Part shown: positions 20,787 through 30,963 of the stretch, piece by piece | Layout of the letters: each line of letters opens with the position of its first letter | How positions within the stretch are numbered: position 1 is the first letter of the stretch | Assembly (NCBI GenBank): GCA_964202905.1 | Contig: CAXNJO010000003.1 | Span: 544,001 to 608,000 of the forward strand | DNA from: Polyangiales bacterium | Lineage (GTDB): Bacteria; Myxococcota_A; Polyangia; Polyangiales; JADJQN01 | DNA length: 64,000 bases | Direction: 5' to 3' | Made by a program: the position numbers and the translations under genes | The notes under the pieces: generated by a model | Seen by the model: the letters and a program-made list of their open reading frames with translations, nothing else | Told to the model about the DNA's origin: nothing | The model's database searches: none

Positions 20787-21548
20787 TCAGCCGGTGAACG
20801 GGATGCGCTCGCGGAGCAGGCGCGCCCGCTCGCGGGCGAGCGGCACGCGCGGCGTGTCGGGGTGATCGAGCACCAGCTCGAAGGTGCCGGCGCCCGCGGG
20901 CTCGATGGCGGCGATGCGGTCGAGCCGCACGAGCACGCCGCGGTGCGAGCGGAAGAAATCACGCTCGTCGACGGCCTGCTCGACGGCGGCCAGCGTGAGG
21001 TCGAGGGCGAAGCGGTCGGAGGCCGTGACCGCCCAGACGAGCTCGTCCTTCATCTCGAAGTAGACGACGTCCGCGATGTCGAGCACGACGTAGACGCCGC
21101 GCCGACGCACCGCGAGCCGCGCGAGCGGCGCCTCGCCCGGCTTGCGCAACGCGGCGGGCGCCGGCGCGCCACCGGCGACGGGCGCAGCCTCGCGGACCCG
21201 CTCGAGCGTCTTCTGCAGCCGCGCGAGGCGCACGGGCTTGAGGAGATAGTCGAGCACGCGCGCTTCGAAGGCGCGCAGCGCGCCCTCGTCGTGCGCCGAC
21301 ACGACGACGACGGCGAGCTCGGGCCGCCGCGCGAGCAGCGCCTCCGCGAGCGCGACGCCATCGGGCCCCGGCATGCGCAGGTCCACGAAGGCGACGTCCG
21401 GCGTCTCCCGCTCGGCGAGCGTGAGCGCCTCGGCCGCGTGGCGCGCGGTGCCGACGACCTCGACGCCGCCCGCCTCTGCGAGCAGGAACACGAGCTCGTC
21501 GCGCGCGAGCGGCTCGTCGTCGACCACGATGGCGCGGAGCGTCGTCAC
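20787..21548 (-). CDS. LytTR-family response regulator
   Basis: VVDDEPLAR, FVDLRMPG, DYLLKP, FFRSHRG; overlaps the kinase stop. Confidence 0.93.
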   Translation of the reverse strand: MTTLRAIVVDDEPLARDELVFLLAEAGGVEVVGTARHAAEALTLAERETPDVAFVDLRMPGPDGVALAEALLARRPELAVVVVSAHDEGALRAFEARVLDYLLKPVRLARLQKTLERVREAAPVAGGAPAPAALRKPGEAPLARLAVRRRGVYVVLDIADVVYFEMKDELVWAVTASDRFALDLTLAAVEQAVDERDFFRSHRGVLVRLDRIAAIEPAGAGTFELVLDHPDTPRVPLARERARLLRERIPFTG

Positions 21549-22846
21549 GCGGCGTCCCGCGCGTCGCTGACACCGGGGCCGGGCGACGCCGCGGACGCGG
21601 CGCGCGAGACGAGCAGACCGGCACGCCCGGCGGGCAGCGCGACGCGCGCGATGGTGCCGCGGGCCGTGGGCTCGAGCGCGATCGACGCGCGCGGTCCGAA
21701 GCGCTTCGCGAGGCGCTCTCGCAGCGTCGCGAGCGCGATCCCCGCGCCGAGCTCCGCGTGGGCGACGTGCGCCGCTTCGGGCACCGCGTCCGCGGCGTCC
21801 TCGACCTCGAGCACGAGCAGATCCCCCTCGAGCCGCGCGCGGACCTCGATCTCGCCCGCGCCCTCACGCGGCGCGATCCCGTGTTTCACCGCGTTCTCGA
21901 CGAGGGGCTGCAGGAGCAGCGCCGGCACCAGGATCCCAGCGGCCTCGGGCGCGATGCGCTGCCGCACGGTGAGGCGCTCGTCGCCGAGGCGCGCGCGCTC
22001 GATCGCGAGGTAGGCGCAGGCGTGCGCGACCTCGTCGCGGACGCTCGCTTCGTCGGGGTGCGAGAGCAGGTAGCGGTAGAGGTCGGCGAGATCGGAGACG
22101 AGCTCGCGCGCGCGCGGCGGATCGCGGCGGATCGTCGCGCGGAGCGCGTTCAGCGCGTTGAACAGGAAGTGCGGCTCGAGCTTGCGGCGCAGCGCCTCGA
22201 GCGCGGCAGCGTCCGCGGCGGCGCGGGCCTCGACCAGCGCGACGGCCGCCTCCTCGCGCGCGACGACGAGCCGTGCGACGACGACGAAGAGCGTGACGCC
22301 CGAGGCATTGACGACGAGCTTGATGAGGTGCGCCGGCCACGCGGGCAGGTAGCGCGCGGCGTGCCCGATCAGCAGGAGCGCGACACCCACGACGACGAGG
22401 TGGATCGCCTGGATCGCGAGGGAGCTCGCGAAGGCGCGCCACCCCTGAAACAGACGGGGCGCGCGCTTGGCGACGACGCCCGCGAGCAGGCCGTCGAGCA
22501 CCGACGCGAGCACGACGAAGGGCGCCGCCTGCGCGTCCGCGCGGGCCGCGGAGAAGAGCCCCCCGACGAGCCCCGCGAGCGCCCCCGCTTTGCGCCCGCC
22601 GAGCACCGCCGCGATGATCACGCCGATCGCGCGGACGTTGATGTGCTCGCCCTCGATCTCGATGCCGAGCATCGAGCCCCAGATCGCGAGCGCCATCCCG
22701 AGCAGCATGCCCGCGGCCTTGTCGACGCGGCGCCCGACGCCGAGCACGCGGTTGCGGAGCGGCGGGAAGAGCACCGCGACGAGCGCCGCGGCCGCGAGCA
22801 GGCCCATCTTCTCGGCGAGCTCGATCAGCAGCGTCCCCGGCGTCAC
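21545..22846 (-). CDS. LytS/YehU-family sensor histidine kinase
   Basis: 5TM-LYT N-terminus (NVRAIGV), EPHFLFNALN, LLQPLVENAVKHG. Start could be 22855; 22846 chosen from -10 spacing. Confidence 0.92.
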   Translation of the reverse strand: MTPGTLLIELAEKMGLLAAAALVAVLFPPLRNRVLGVGRRVDKAAGMLLGMALAIWGSMLGIEIEGEHINVRAIGVIIAAVLGGRKAGALAGLVGGLFSAARADAQAAPFVVLASVLDGLLAGVVAKRAPRLFQGWRAFASSLAIQAIHLVVVGVALLLIGHAARYLPAWPAHLIKLVVNASGVTLFVVVARLVVAREEAAVALVEARAAADAAALEALRRKLEPHFLFNALNALRATIRRDPPRARELVSDLADLYRYLLSHPDEASVRDEVAHACAYLAIERARLGDERLTVRQRIAPEAAGILVPALLLQPLVENAVKHGIAPREGAGEIEVRARLEGDLLVLEVEDAADAVPEAAHVAHAELGAGIALATLRERLAKRFGPRASIALEPTARGTIARVALPAGRAGLLVSRAASAASPGPGVSDARDAA

Positions 22847-22890
22847 TGGGAGCACGCTAGCACGCAGCCGGGCGCCGCCGCGGGAGGCAG

Positions 22891-25245
22891 TCAGGGCCCG
22901 GAGAGCCCGCGCACGTCCTCGAGGCGCACGGCGTCACCGAAGGCACCATCGACGCCGCTCGCCGCCGCGTCCCCGAGCTCGAGGATCGGCGGGGGAGGCG
23001 CGGCCTCCGTGTAGACGGGGTAGCGCACGATCACAGTGCCCTCGAAGCGCGGGACCTCGAGGGCGTCAAGGGCGCCGAGCAGACAGGCGCGCAGCGCGGG
23101 CGCGAGATCGCCGCCGAGCTCCGTGGAGACGAGCTCCCGGTCCGCGAGCGCGAACGCGATCGAGGCGCGCACGGCGTAGTCGGCGCGACCGGCCCGATCC
23201 GCCCGGAAACAGGCCCTCGCCGCCGGCACGACGCGCGCGCGGAGCATCGCGAGGAGGGTCTCGGCAGGCACCCCGCGGCCCTCCCGCGGGTTGCGCGACC
23301 GCGTCGTCGGGAGCTCCCCGGGCTCGCGCGGACGGAGCGGCGCAGGCGGGGCGGAGCGGCACGTCCGCGGCTCGACGAGCGCGACCGGCGCGGCGTCGCT
23401 GCTCACGCCGGACGCATGCGTCGCAGGGCCATGCGGCGTGCACGACGCGGCACGCTCCGCGACCGCGCTGGCGGGCACGGGCAGGCGCACGGCCGAAAGC
23501 GACGCGCCCTCCCCGGCCGCGCTGAGCCCCGCGGCGAGCCCCACCGCGAGCGCCCCGGACGCCGCACGCGCGCCGACACTGAGTCGCGGATATTCCTGTT
23601 TGATTTGATGCACTTCCGTAGAACTACCGGCGCGCATGCCCGCGAAGGAGAGCCGCGCGACGCCCGGCGCGTGGGGCGCCTGCCAGACGCGCTCCTCGCC
23701 CGCGCGGAGCGGCGGCAGGCGGTGCACCACGCCCCCGACGCGGACCGAGATTCCGTCGGCCACGACGGGCGCGAACAGCGCGGCGAGCCGCTCCTCGAGG
23801 CGCGCCGCGCCCGGATCACGGGGCGACGCATGCACGACGACACCGCCCGTCGCCGACGCGGCCTCCGCAAGCCGGGCCGCGGGCGGTCGCTCGCCGAGGT
23901 CGATGACCGAGAAACGCGCGCGCCCCGCACGCCACGTCGCGAACGCCGCGTCCAGCTCCGGGCTCGCGGTGAGGCCCCCGTCGCCCACGAGCACGACGTG
24001 CACGGGGAGCGGCGCGGCCGGGGCCTCCAACCACGGCGCGATCGCGCGGAGCGCGACGTCGAGGCGCGTGGCCGAACCGAGCTCCGTCTGCGCGGCCTGC
24101 GCGAGATCGCCGAGGGGCGCCTGCGCGGCGGCGACCGGCGCCGAGAGGACCGTCTCGGCGCGCGCGCCGAACGCGACCGCGCGCACCTGCGAACCGGACG
24201 GCGCCGCGCCGAGCAGGGCCGCGAGCGCGGGCTCGACGCGACCGCGCGCCGGGCCGAGCGTCGAAGGCGACGCGTCGAGGAGCAGCACGATCGACACAGG
24301 CCCGCCTTGCCGCGCCCCCGACGCGACGCGAAACCGCGTGCACGCGCGCTTCCCGCAGCGGGCGCGCCACCCGCTCAGCGTCAGCGGCGCGCCGCGCGGC
24401 AGCGTGGCCGCCAGCTCGACGGGGAACCACGGCTCCACGGTGGCCGCGACCTCGTCCGTCGGCAGACCATCGGCGGTCGCGGCGAGCATCGCCGGCGCGC
24501 GCACCGTGAGACGTGCCGCCGCCGCCCGCGGGTCCTCCCCACGCGCGGGGATCACGACGCGCGCGACGCCGCCCACGACCGGCGCCGACGCGATCCAGCG
24601 CACGCGCACGCGCAGCGGATGCCCCGGCCGCACCGGCGCCGCGCGCACGATCACGGCGTCTCCGCGCGCGTCGGTCACGCGCCGCGCATGGGCGACGGGG
24701 GCCGGTGCGTCGGTCGCCTCGGCGGGCCGCGCACGCACCGCGTCGTCGTAGGCCGCGTCGCCCTCCGGCCCGGCCGTGAGCCCCTCGCGGCAGCGCGTGT
24801 CCTCGCAGACCTCGAGCCCGGCGAGCCACGCGCCGACGGGCACCGCGAGTCGGTAACGGAGCTCGACCGGTCCACGCGACGTCGTCACGACGTCGAGCGT
24901 GTGCGCCACGCTCGCGAGCCCGTCGTCGAGGACCGCCTCGATGGCGTGCGCGGTCTCGCGTACGCCGCTCGGCGCCGTGAGCACCTCACCCTCGCGCACG
25001 GGCAGTTCCGGCGGCACCGGCCCGCGCGACGCGCGCTCCCGGCGGGCGCGCGCTTCGGCCTCGGCGAGCGCGTCGAGGTCCCCGTCCGCGAGCGGATCCG
25101 CGTCGCCCGCGGATGCCGTCGGCAGCCCGTCCCCCATCGATACGCCCTGCCCTCTCACGCGCGGCGGGTCCGCATGCACGCGCCCGCGGCCCGCGGGACC
25201 GAGCGCGCAGGCGAGCGCACAGGCGAGCAGAGCGACGCGACGCAT
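22891..25245 (-). CDS. Secreted VIT/vWA-like protein with AgmX/PglI-like C-terminal domain
   Basis: Signal MRRVALLACALACAL; VIT-like segment; MIDAS DASPS...VLVGDGG; C-terminal ARACF...LRACL...VIVRYP. Confidence 0.7.
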   Translation of the reverse strand: MRRVALLACALACALGPAGRGRVHADPPRVRGQGVSMGDGLPTASAGDADPLADGDLDALAEAEARARRERASRGPVPPELPVREGEVLTAPSGVRETAHAIEAVLDDGLASVAHTLDVVTTSRGPVELRYRLAVPVGAWLAGLEVCEDTRCREGLTAGPEGDAAYDDAVRARPAEATDAPAPVAHARRVTDARGDAVIVRAAPVRPGHPLRVRVRWIASAPVVGGVARVVIPARGEDPRAAAARLTVRAPAMLAATADGLPTDEVAATVEPWFPVELAATLPRGAPLTLSGWRARCGKRACTRFRVASGARQGGPVSIVLLLDASPSTLGPARGRVEPALAALLGAAPSGSQVRAVAFGARAETVLSAPVAAAQAPLGDLAQAAQTELGSATRLDVALRAIAPWLEAPAAPLPVHVVLVGDGGLTASPELDAAFATWRAGRARFSVIDLGERPPAARLAEAASATGGVVVHASPRDPGAARLEERLAALFAPVVADGISVRVGGVVHRLPPLRAGEERVWQAPHAPGVARLSFAGMRAGSSTEVHQIKQEYPRLSVGARAASGALAVGLAAGLSAAGEGASLSAVRLPVPASAVAERAASCTPHGPATHASGVSSDAAPVALVEPRTCRSAPPAPLRPREPGELPTTRSRNPREGRGVPAETLLAMLRARVVPAARACFRADRAGRADYAVRASIAFALADRELVSTELGGDLAPALRACLLGALDALEVPRFEGTVIVRYPVYTEAAPPPPILELGDAAASGVDGAFGDAVRLEDVRGLSGP

Positions 25246-25391
25246 CGGTCGGGAGCCTGTCACGCACGTCCCGACGCCGCCCGGGGCGGGAGGTTCCACG
25301 AGGCCATCTTCCCGACGCACATCTCGACCCGCACGCTGCTATGCTCGCGCCCACGTGTGCCGCGTCGGCGCGCCAAGGAGAGACGAGCGAG

Positions 25392-26615
25392 ATGGGGATC
25401 GTCGATTTCATCCGCAGCGGCGTTCAGGAGATCGCGATCGCGCGGCCCGCCGACAAGAAGGACCTCCTCGTCTTCAAGTGGCCGGACCCGACCGTGCCGA
25501 TGTTCAGCCAACTCACCGTCGATGCCGACGAGGCGGCGGTCTTCTTCCGCGACGGTTCGATCGTCGGCACGCTGCGCACGGCCGGCGCGGGCCAGCGGCA
25601 CACGCTCTCGACGCAGAACATCCCGTTCCTCTCGAACTTCGTCGACTCCTTCACGGGCGGCCGCGTCTTCAAGACGGATCTCTTCTTCGTCACGACGCGC
25701 CCCGTCTACGACCTCACCTTCGGGGGCGAGCTCGGGCCGGTGAGCGATCCGATGCTCGGCGAGCTCGTGGTGCCGAAGATCTACGGATCGGCCGCCTTCC
25801 AGGTCGTCGATCCGGAGGCCTTTCTCCTGAAGTACACGGGCATGCGGCAGTCGGGCGCCGACGATCTCAAGTGGATCAAGGGCCTGCTGATGAACAGCAT
25901 CCGCACGGTCGTCGGCGAGGTGCTCGTCAGCGAGCAGAAGTCGATGCTCGAGCTGCTGCCGATGCAGTCGATGCTCGCTGAGCGCTTCCTCGCGCGGGCG
26001 CCCGATCTCAACGCGATCGGCGTGCGGCTGCTCGGGATGGGCGAGTTCCGCCTGAACCTCGGCGACGCCGACATGGAGAAGCTCTCGGAGGCGCAGTCCG
26101 AGCTCGGCAAGGCGCAGCGCAGCGCGCGCATCGCGAACATCGGGATCGCCGAGGCCGAGGCGAAGGCGAAGCAGCGCCAGTTCGAGCTCGACCAGTCGTT
26201 CCAGAACGAGGCGCGCTACGTCCAGCAGCTCGCCGGCGGCGACGTCGGCACGTACGCGGCGAGCCGCGCGATGATCGGCGCCGGCGCCGGGATGGCCAAG
26301 GGCGGTGAGGGCGGCGCGGGCAGCCCGATGATGGCGGGCGCGGGCCTCGGTGTCGGCATGGGGATGGCCGGGATGCTTCAGCAGGGATTGCAGGCGCGCC
26401 CGCAGGCTGCCCCGCCCGTGGCTGCCCCGGCGGCCGCCGGGGGCGCCGCGAGCGTGACGTGCGGCGCGTGCAATGCGACCGTCCCGCCCGGCAAGTTCTG
26501 CCAGGAGTGCGGCGCGAGCCTCACGCCGCGCCCGAAGTTCTGCCCCTCGTGCGGGACGCAGGGCGCCGCGGGCGCGAAGTTCTGCGCCAACTGCGGCACG
26601 AATTTCGGCACCTGA
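25392..26615 (+). CDS. SPFH/band-7 domain protein with C-terminal double zinc ribbons
   Basis: AGGAG RBS; SQLTVDADEAAVFFRDG, GAGLGVGMGMA, CGAC..FCQECG..CPSCG..FCANCG. Confidence 0.88.
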   Translation: MGIVDFIRSGVQEIAIARPADKKDLLVFKWPDPTVPMFSQLTVDADEAAVFFRDGSIVGTLRTAGAGQRHTLSTQNIPFLSNFVDSFTGGRVFKTDLFFVTTRPVYDLTFGGELGPVSDPMLGELVVPKIYGSAAFQVVDPEAFLLKYTGMRQSGADDLKWIKGLLMNSIRTVVGEVLVSEQKSMLELLPMQSMLAERFLARAPDLNAIGVRLLGMGEFRLNLGDADMEKLSEAQSELGKAQRSARIANIGIAEAEAKAKQRQFELDQSFQNEARYVQQLAGGDVGTYAASRAMIGAGAGMAKGGEGGAGSPMMAGAGLGVGMGMAGMLQQGLQARPQAAPPVAAPAAAGGAASVTCGACNATVPPGKFCQECGASLTPRPKFCPSCGTQGAAGAKFCANCGTNFGT

Positions 26616-26684
26616 GCGGCGCTGGGACGGGCGCCGCACGCGCTTGCGTGCGCGCCTCGACCCTCGTTAGACTCGTCGTCCCCG

Positions 26685-28421
26685 ATGCGCTTCTGTCCCC
26701 GCTGCGGCACCCGCTTCCTCGCGGCCGAGCCATTCTGCCCGCACGACGGCTCGGCGACCCAGGACCTCCCCGACGAGGTCCAGGTCGACACGCTGCTCGG
26801 CACGGTCGTCGACGGGCGCTACCGCATCGAGAAGCGCATCGGCGAGGGCGGCATGGGCATCGTGTACGCGGCGACGCACACGATGCTCGGCAAGCGCCTC
26901 GCGCTGAAGGCCCTGCGCGGCGAGGTCGCGCGCGATCCGGACGTCGTGCAGCGCTTCATCACCGAAGCGCAGGCCGCGACGTCGATCGGCCACGAGAACA
27001 TCATCGACATCTCGGACTTCGGCCGGTTCCCCGACCGCACCGTGTACTTCGTCATGGAGTACCTCGACGGCGAGGCGCTGACGAGGCTCATCCGGCGCGG
27101 CGGGTCCATCCCCGTCCGCGAAGCGGTGCACATCATCCGGCAGATCGCCAGCGCGCTCGGCGCGGCGCACACGCGCGGGATCGTCCACCGCGACCTCAAG
27201 CCGGACAACATCTATCTGATCAAGCGCGGCGGGGGAACGACCGCCAACTTCGTGAAGGTGCTCGACTTCGGCATCGCGAAGGTCGGCGGCGCCTCCAGCA
27301 AACTCACGAAGACGGGCATGGTCTTCGGCACGCCGCACTACATGTCCCCCGAGCAGGCCGCCGGGCAGACCGTCGATCAGCGCACGGACATTTATGCGCT
27401 CGGCGTGATCATGTACGAAATGTTCGTCGGCAAGGTGCCCTTCGACGCCGACACGTTCATGGGCATCCTGACGAAGCACATGTTCGAGCCGCCCGTGCCG
27501 CCGTCGCAGACGTCGTCGGGCGCGGGCAACCGGCTCGGTGCCCTCGAAGACATCACGCTGAAGGCCCTGCAGAAGAGGCCCGAGCACCGGCACCAGTCGA
27601 TGGGCGAGCTGCTCGCGGACCTGGACCGCGTCGCAGGCGGGGGCCAGATGGTCCTGGGCGCTGCGGCGGGGATCACGCCCCCCGACAACCTCGCCGACGC
27701 GCTCGAGCCCCCCTCGCGCACCGAGTTGCGGCTCTCGACCCCGTCGCCGCCCTTCGACATGCGGGGCGCCGGTGGCGGGGGATCCGTCGAGCCCGCTGCC
27801 AGACCGCGGCGCGGACTCCCGCTCGTCGTCGTGGGGAGCGTGCTGCTCGCGCTGGTCGGCGTCGTCGTCGGAGGCTTTGCGTTCTTGTTGACCCGCGCCG
27901 GGGTCGCGGATGGGCTCGCGATGCGCGCGGCGGCCGAGCCCGCGGTGATCGACGCGCAGGCTGCGGCGGCGAGGGTCCCCGAGGACGCCACGCCGCAGGT
28001 CCCAGTCCCCGTGGTGCCCGCCCCCGTCGCGGCCATGGCGCCGATGGGCGCCACGCCGCTGGCGCCGCCCGCCGCGCCGCAGGCCCCGGTCGCCGCCCTC
28101 GAGCCGCTCTGGATCGACTCCAACCCCTCGGGTGCGGAGGTCTACCAGGGCGAGGCGCTCATCGGGAACACGCCCGTGCAGCTGCCGCGGCCGAGCGGCG
28201 CCGCGCAGTTGGCGCTGCAGGTCCGCGCCTCCGGGCACCGTCCGCAGGACGTCCTCGTCAGCGCGATGACCCCAGCGCGCCTGAACGTGCAGCTCTCGCC
28301 GACGGTCGGCACCTCGTCACCGCGCCCCGCGCGTCCGACCGGCACGGTCGCGGCGAGCCCCCCGCGGCCACGGCGGCTGACCCCCAGCGCCAGCGACCTC
28401 ACGGACCCGTGGGGGCCGTGA
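26685..28421 (+). CDS. Ser/Thr protein kinase with TM and PEGA-like domain
   Basis: IGEGGMGIVY, ALK, HRDLKPDN, DFG, GTPHYMSPE; TM; DSNPSGAEV; ends DPW. Confidence 0.95.
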   Translation: MRFCPRCGTRFLAAEPFCPHDGSATQDLPDEVQVDTLLGTVVDGRYRIEKRIGEGGMGIVYAATHTMLGKRLALKALRGEVARDPDVVQRFITEAQAATSIGHENIIDISDFGRFPDRTVYFVMEYLDGEALTRLIRRGGSIPVREAVHIIRQIASALGAAHTRGIVHRDLKPDNIYLIKRGGGTTANFVKVLDFGIAKVGGASSKLTKTGMVFGTPHYMSPEQAAGQTVDQRTDIYALGVIMYEMFVGKVPFDADTFMGILTKHMFEPPVPPSQTSSGAGNRLGALEDITLKALQKRPEHRHQSMGELLADLDRVAGGGQMVLGAAAGITPPDNLADALEPPSRTELRLSTPSPPFDMRGAGGGGSVEPAARPRRGLPLVVVGSVLLALVGVVVGGFAFLLTRAGVADGLAMRAAAEPAVIDAQAAAARVPEDATPQVPVPVVPAPVAAMAPMGATPLAPPAAPQAPVAALEPLWIDSNPSGAEVYQGEALIGNTPVQLPRPSGAAQLALQVRASGHRPQDVLVSAMTPARLNVQLSPTVGTSSPRPARPTGTVAASPPRPRRLTPSASDLTDPWGP

Positions 28422-28480
28422 CGTCGGCGCCCCGTGCGTCGACGCGCCCCACGCGACGCCGCAGCCAGACCGTGCTCGCC

Positions 28481-30139
28481 ATGTTTCGCGGCGGGCCCTT
28501 CCGCACGGCGCGCCTCGCCCTCACCTGCCTGGCGCTCGTTGGGGCCGGGCTCGCGGGATGCGGCGGGAGCGCGACGCCCGTTCGATTCGGCGGCGACGCC
28601 ATCACGGAAGATTCCATCACTGCGCCGGCCGCGGGCGCCGAGCGCTACGCGTCGTCCCCGACGCAGGCTGAGGCGGTGGTCGGCGGCGGCGACACGCGCG
28701 CGGTCGAGGCGGGCGTACGCCGCGCAGCGGGCGAGCGCGGCCTGACGATCGCGCCGGACGCGCGGCTCGGCCTGCTCGCGGCCTGGACGGCCGAGCGGCT
28801 CGGTGACGCGGGCGAGCCGCCTGCGCACGAGGTCGTCGAGTTCTTCACGCGGCACCTCGGGCTCGTCGAGGCCGTGCCGCACCTGCTCGTGCTCGGCCAC
28901 GGTGATCCGGCGGCGATCGAGGAGAGCGTGCGCGCCTCGGTCGCGCAGTTCCTCGCGCGCCAGCCCTACGACTATTACGGCGCGGCGGTCGTCCCACGCA
29001 CGGGCCTCACGCTCGTGGTGGTGACGCTCTCGTCGCGCCCGGTGGAGCTCGCGCCGATCGCGCGGCGGCAGCCGGTGGGCGCGCGCGCCGTGTTGCGGGG
29101 ACGCCTGCTCGGTGCGCTCCGCAGGCCCGCGTTCGCGGTCACGCAACCGAGCGGCGAGGTGCTGCGCGTGCCGGGTGGCGAGGGCCCGTCGTTCGACGTC
29201 GCGATCCCGCTCGAGGGCGCGGGCGTGCACCGCGTCGAGCTGCTCGCGCAGGGCGCGCGGGGCGACACGGTGGTCGCGAATTTCCCGCTTTTCGTCGGGG
29301 TCGAGCCGCCCGCGTCGGTCACGCTCGCGGCAGGCGGCGACGCGGCCAGCGAGGGCAGCACGGCCGAGGTCGAGGCGCGGCTCTTCGAGCTGCTCAACGC
29401 GTCGCGACGCGCGCAAGGGCGCGCACCGCTGACGCGCGACGCGGCGATCGATCGCGTCGCCGCCGCGCACAGCCGGGACATGGTCGCGAGCGGCTTCATC
29501 GGGCACGCCTCGCCGACGACGGGAAGCCCTGCCGAGCGCGTCGAGCGCGCGGGCTTGCGGAGCGGCCTCGTGCTCGAAAACATCGGGCGGGCCTACGGCG
29601 CGCGCGCGCTGCACGACGGACTGCTCGAGAGCCCTGGGCACCGCGCGACGCTGCTGAATCCCGACGTCACGCACGTCGGCCTCGGCGTCGTCGCGGACGC
29701 GGAGGGCGGGCGCACGGCCTGGGTCGCGACGGAGGTCTTCCTGCGCATGGCCCGCGAGATCGACCTCGCGGCCGCGCCCGGCGAGCTGCTGGCGCTGCTC
29801 AACCGCGCCCGCACCGCGCGCGGGAGCGCCCCGCTCGAGAGCGAGCCCAACCTCACGCGGGCCGCGGGCGAGGCCGCCGCGCAGTTCTTCGCCGACCCGC
29901 GCAGCACGCAGCAGGACGTCGTCGACGACGCGAGCGCCAGCCTCCGCCGCTTCGCCATCCAGTTCCGACGGATCGGCGGCTTGATGGCCGTCGTCACCGA
30001 TCTGTCCGAGGCCGGCAGCCTCGAGCCGGCGCTCGACGGCGAGGTCCGCTACGTCGGCGTCGGCGTCGCGCAGGGGACACGCGCGGACTCGGGGGCGAAC
30101 GCGATCGCGGTCGTCATCCTGCTCGGCTGGAGCCGCTGA
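28481..30139 (+). CDS. CAP (SCP) domain lipoprotein
   Basis: LAGC lipobox; LNASRRAQG, AHSRDM, GH, ENIG, LLESPGHRATLL, THVGLG. Alternative GTG start at 28418 overlaps the kinase stop. Confidence 0.85.
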   Translation: MFRGGPFRTARLALTCLALVGAGLAGCGGSATPVRFGGDAITEDSITAPAAGAERYASSPTQAEAVVGGGDTRAVEAGVRRAAGERGLTIAPDARLGLLAAWTAERLGDAGEPPAHEVVEFFTRHLGLVEAVPHLLVLGHGDPAAIEESVRASVAQFLARQPYDYYGAAVVPRTGLTLVVVTLSSRPVELAPIARRQPVGARAVLRGRLLGALRRPAFAVTQPSGEVLRVPGGEGPSFDVAIPLEGAGVHRVELLAQGARGDTVVANFPLFVGVEPPASVTLAAGGDAASEGSTAEVEARLFELLNASRRAQGRAPLTRDAAIDRVAAAHSRDMVASGFIGHASPTTGSPAERVERAGLRSGLVLENIGRAYGARALHDGLLESPGHRATLLNPDVTHVGLGVVADAEGGRTAWVATEVFLRMAREIDLAAAPGELLALLNRARTARGSAPLESEPNLTRAAGEAAAQFFADPRSTQQDVVDDASASLRRFAIQFRRIGGLMAVVTDLSEAGSLEPALDGEVRYVGVGVAQGTRADSGANAIAVVILLGWSR

Positions 30140-30212
30140 GCCGCGCGTCCACGTTGTAGCGCGCACGACGGGATGACCCCGCGGTGCACGCAAATCAGAG
30201 AGAAGAAAGACC

Positions 30213-30845
30213 ATGAAGATCGGTGTCGTCGGATCGGGCGACGTCGGGCAGACCCTCGCCGCGGGGCTCGCGAAGCTGGGGCACGAGGTACGGATCGGCA
30301 GCCGCGAGGGCCATCGCCTCGCGGCGTTCTCGGCGTCGTCGGGCGTGCCCGAGGGCCGCTTCGCCGACGTCGCGCGCGAGGCGGAGGTCGTCATCCTCGC
30401 CGTGAAGGGCGAGGTCGCGGAGGGCCTCGTGCGGGACCTCGCGGACGCGCTCGCGGGCAAGCCGGTGCTCGACACGACGAACCCCATCGGCGGTCCGCCG
30501 AAGGACGGCATTCTCCCCTACTTCACCGCCGCGAACGAGTCGCTCCTCGAGCGCCTGCAGGCCGCCGTGCCCGCCGCGAAGTTCGTGAAGTTCTTCAACA
30601 GCGTGGGCACCGGACTCATGGTCCACCCGAAGCTGCCGGGCGGGACGCCGTCGATGTTCGTCTGCGGCAACGACGCCGACGCGAAGGCGACCGCCGCCGC
30701 CCTCGCGCGCGCGCTCGGCTGGAACGTCGAAGACCTCGGGACCGCGGCCGCCGGCCACGTCCTGGAGGCCCTTTGCCAGCTGTGGTGCGCCCCCGGCTTC
30801 CTGCGCAACGACTGGGCGCACGCCTTCGCCGTCCTGCGCCCCTGA
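30213..30845 (+). CDS. NAD(P)-dependent oxidoreductase, F420-dependent NADP oxidoreductase family
   Basis: MKIGVVGSGDVG, LDTTNP, VKFFNSV, CGNDADAK. Confidence 0.88.
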   Translation: MKIGVVGSGDVGQTLAAGLAKLGHEVRIGSREGHRLAAFSASSGVPEGRFADVAREAEVVILAVKGEVAEGLVRDLADALAGKPVLDTTNPIGGPPKDGILPYFTAANESLLERLQAAVPAAKFVKFFNSVGTGLMVHPKLPGGTPSMFVCGNDADAKATAAALARALGWNVEDLGTAAAGHVLEALCQLWCAPGFLRNDWAHAFAVLRP

Positions 30846-30963
30846 CCCCGGCGCGCCGGGGCTCGCGCTACGCGGCGGCGAGCCCCGGTGGCACACCGCG
30901 CGGGCGAACGCTGCCACGCGATTGACCCTTGGCCGCCGGGGCCCCCTCCAGTACGGTCTCCCC

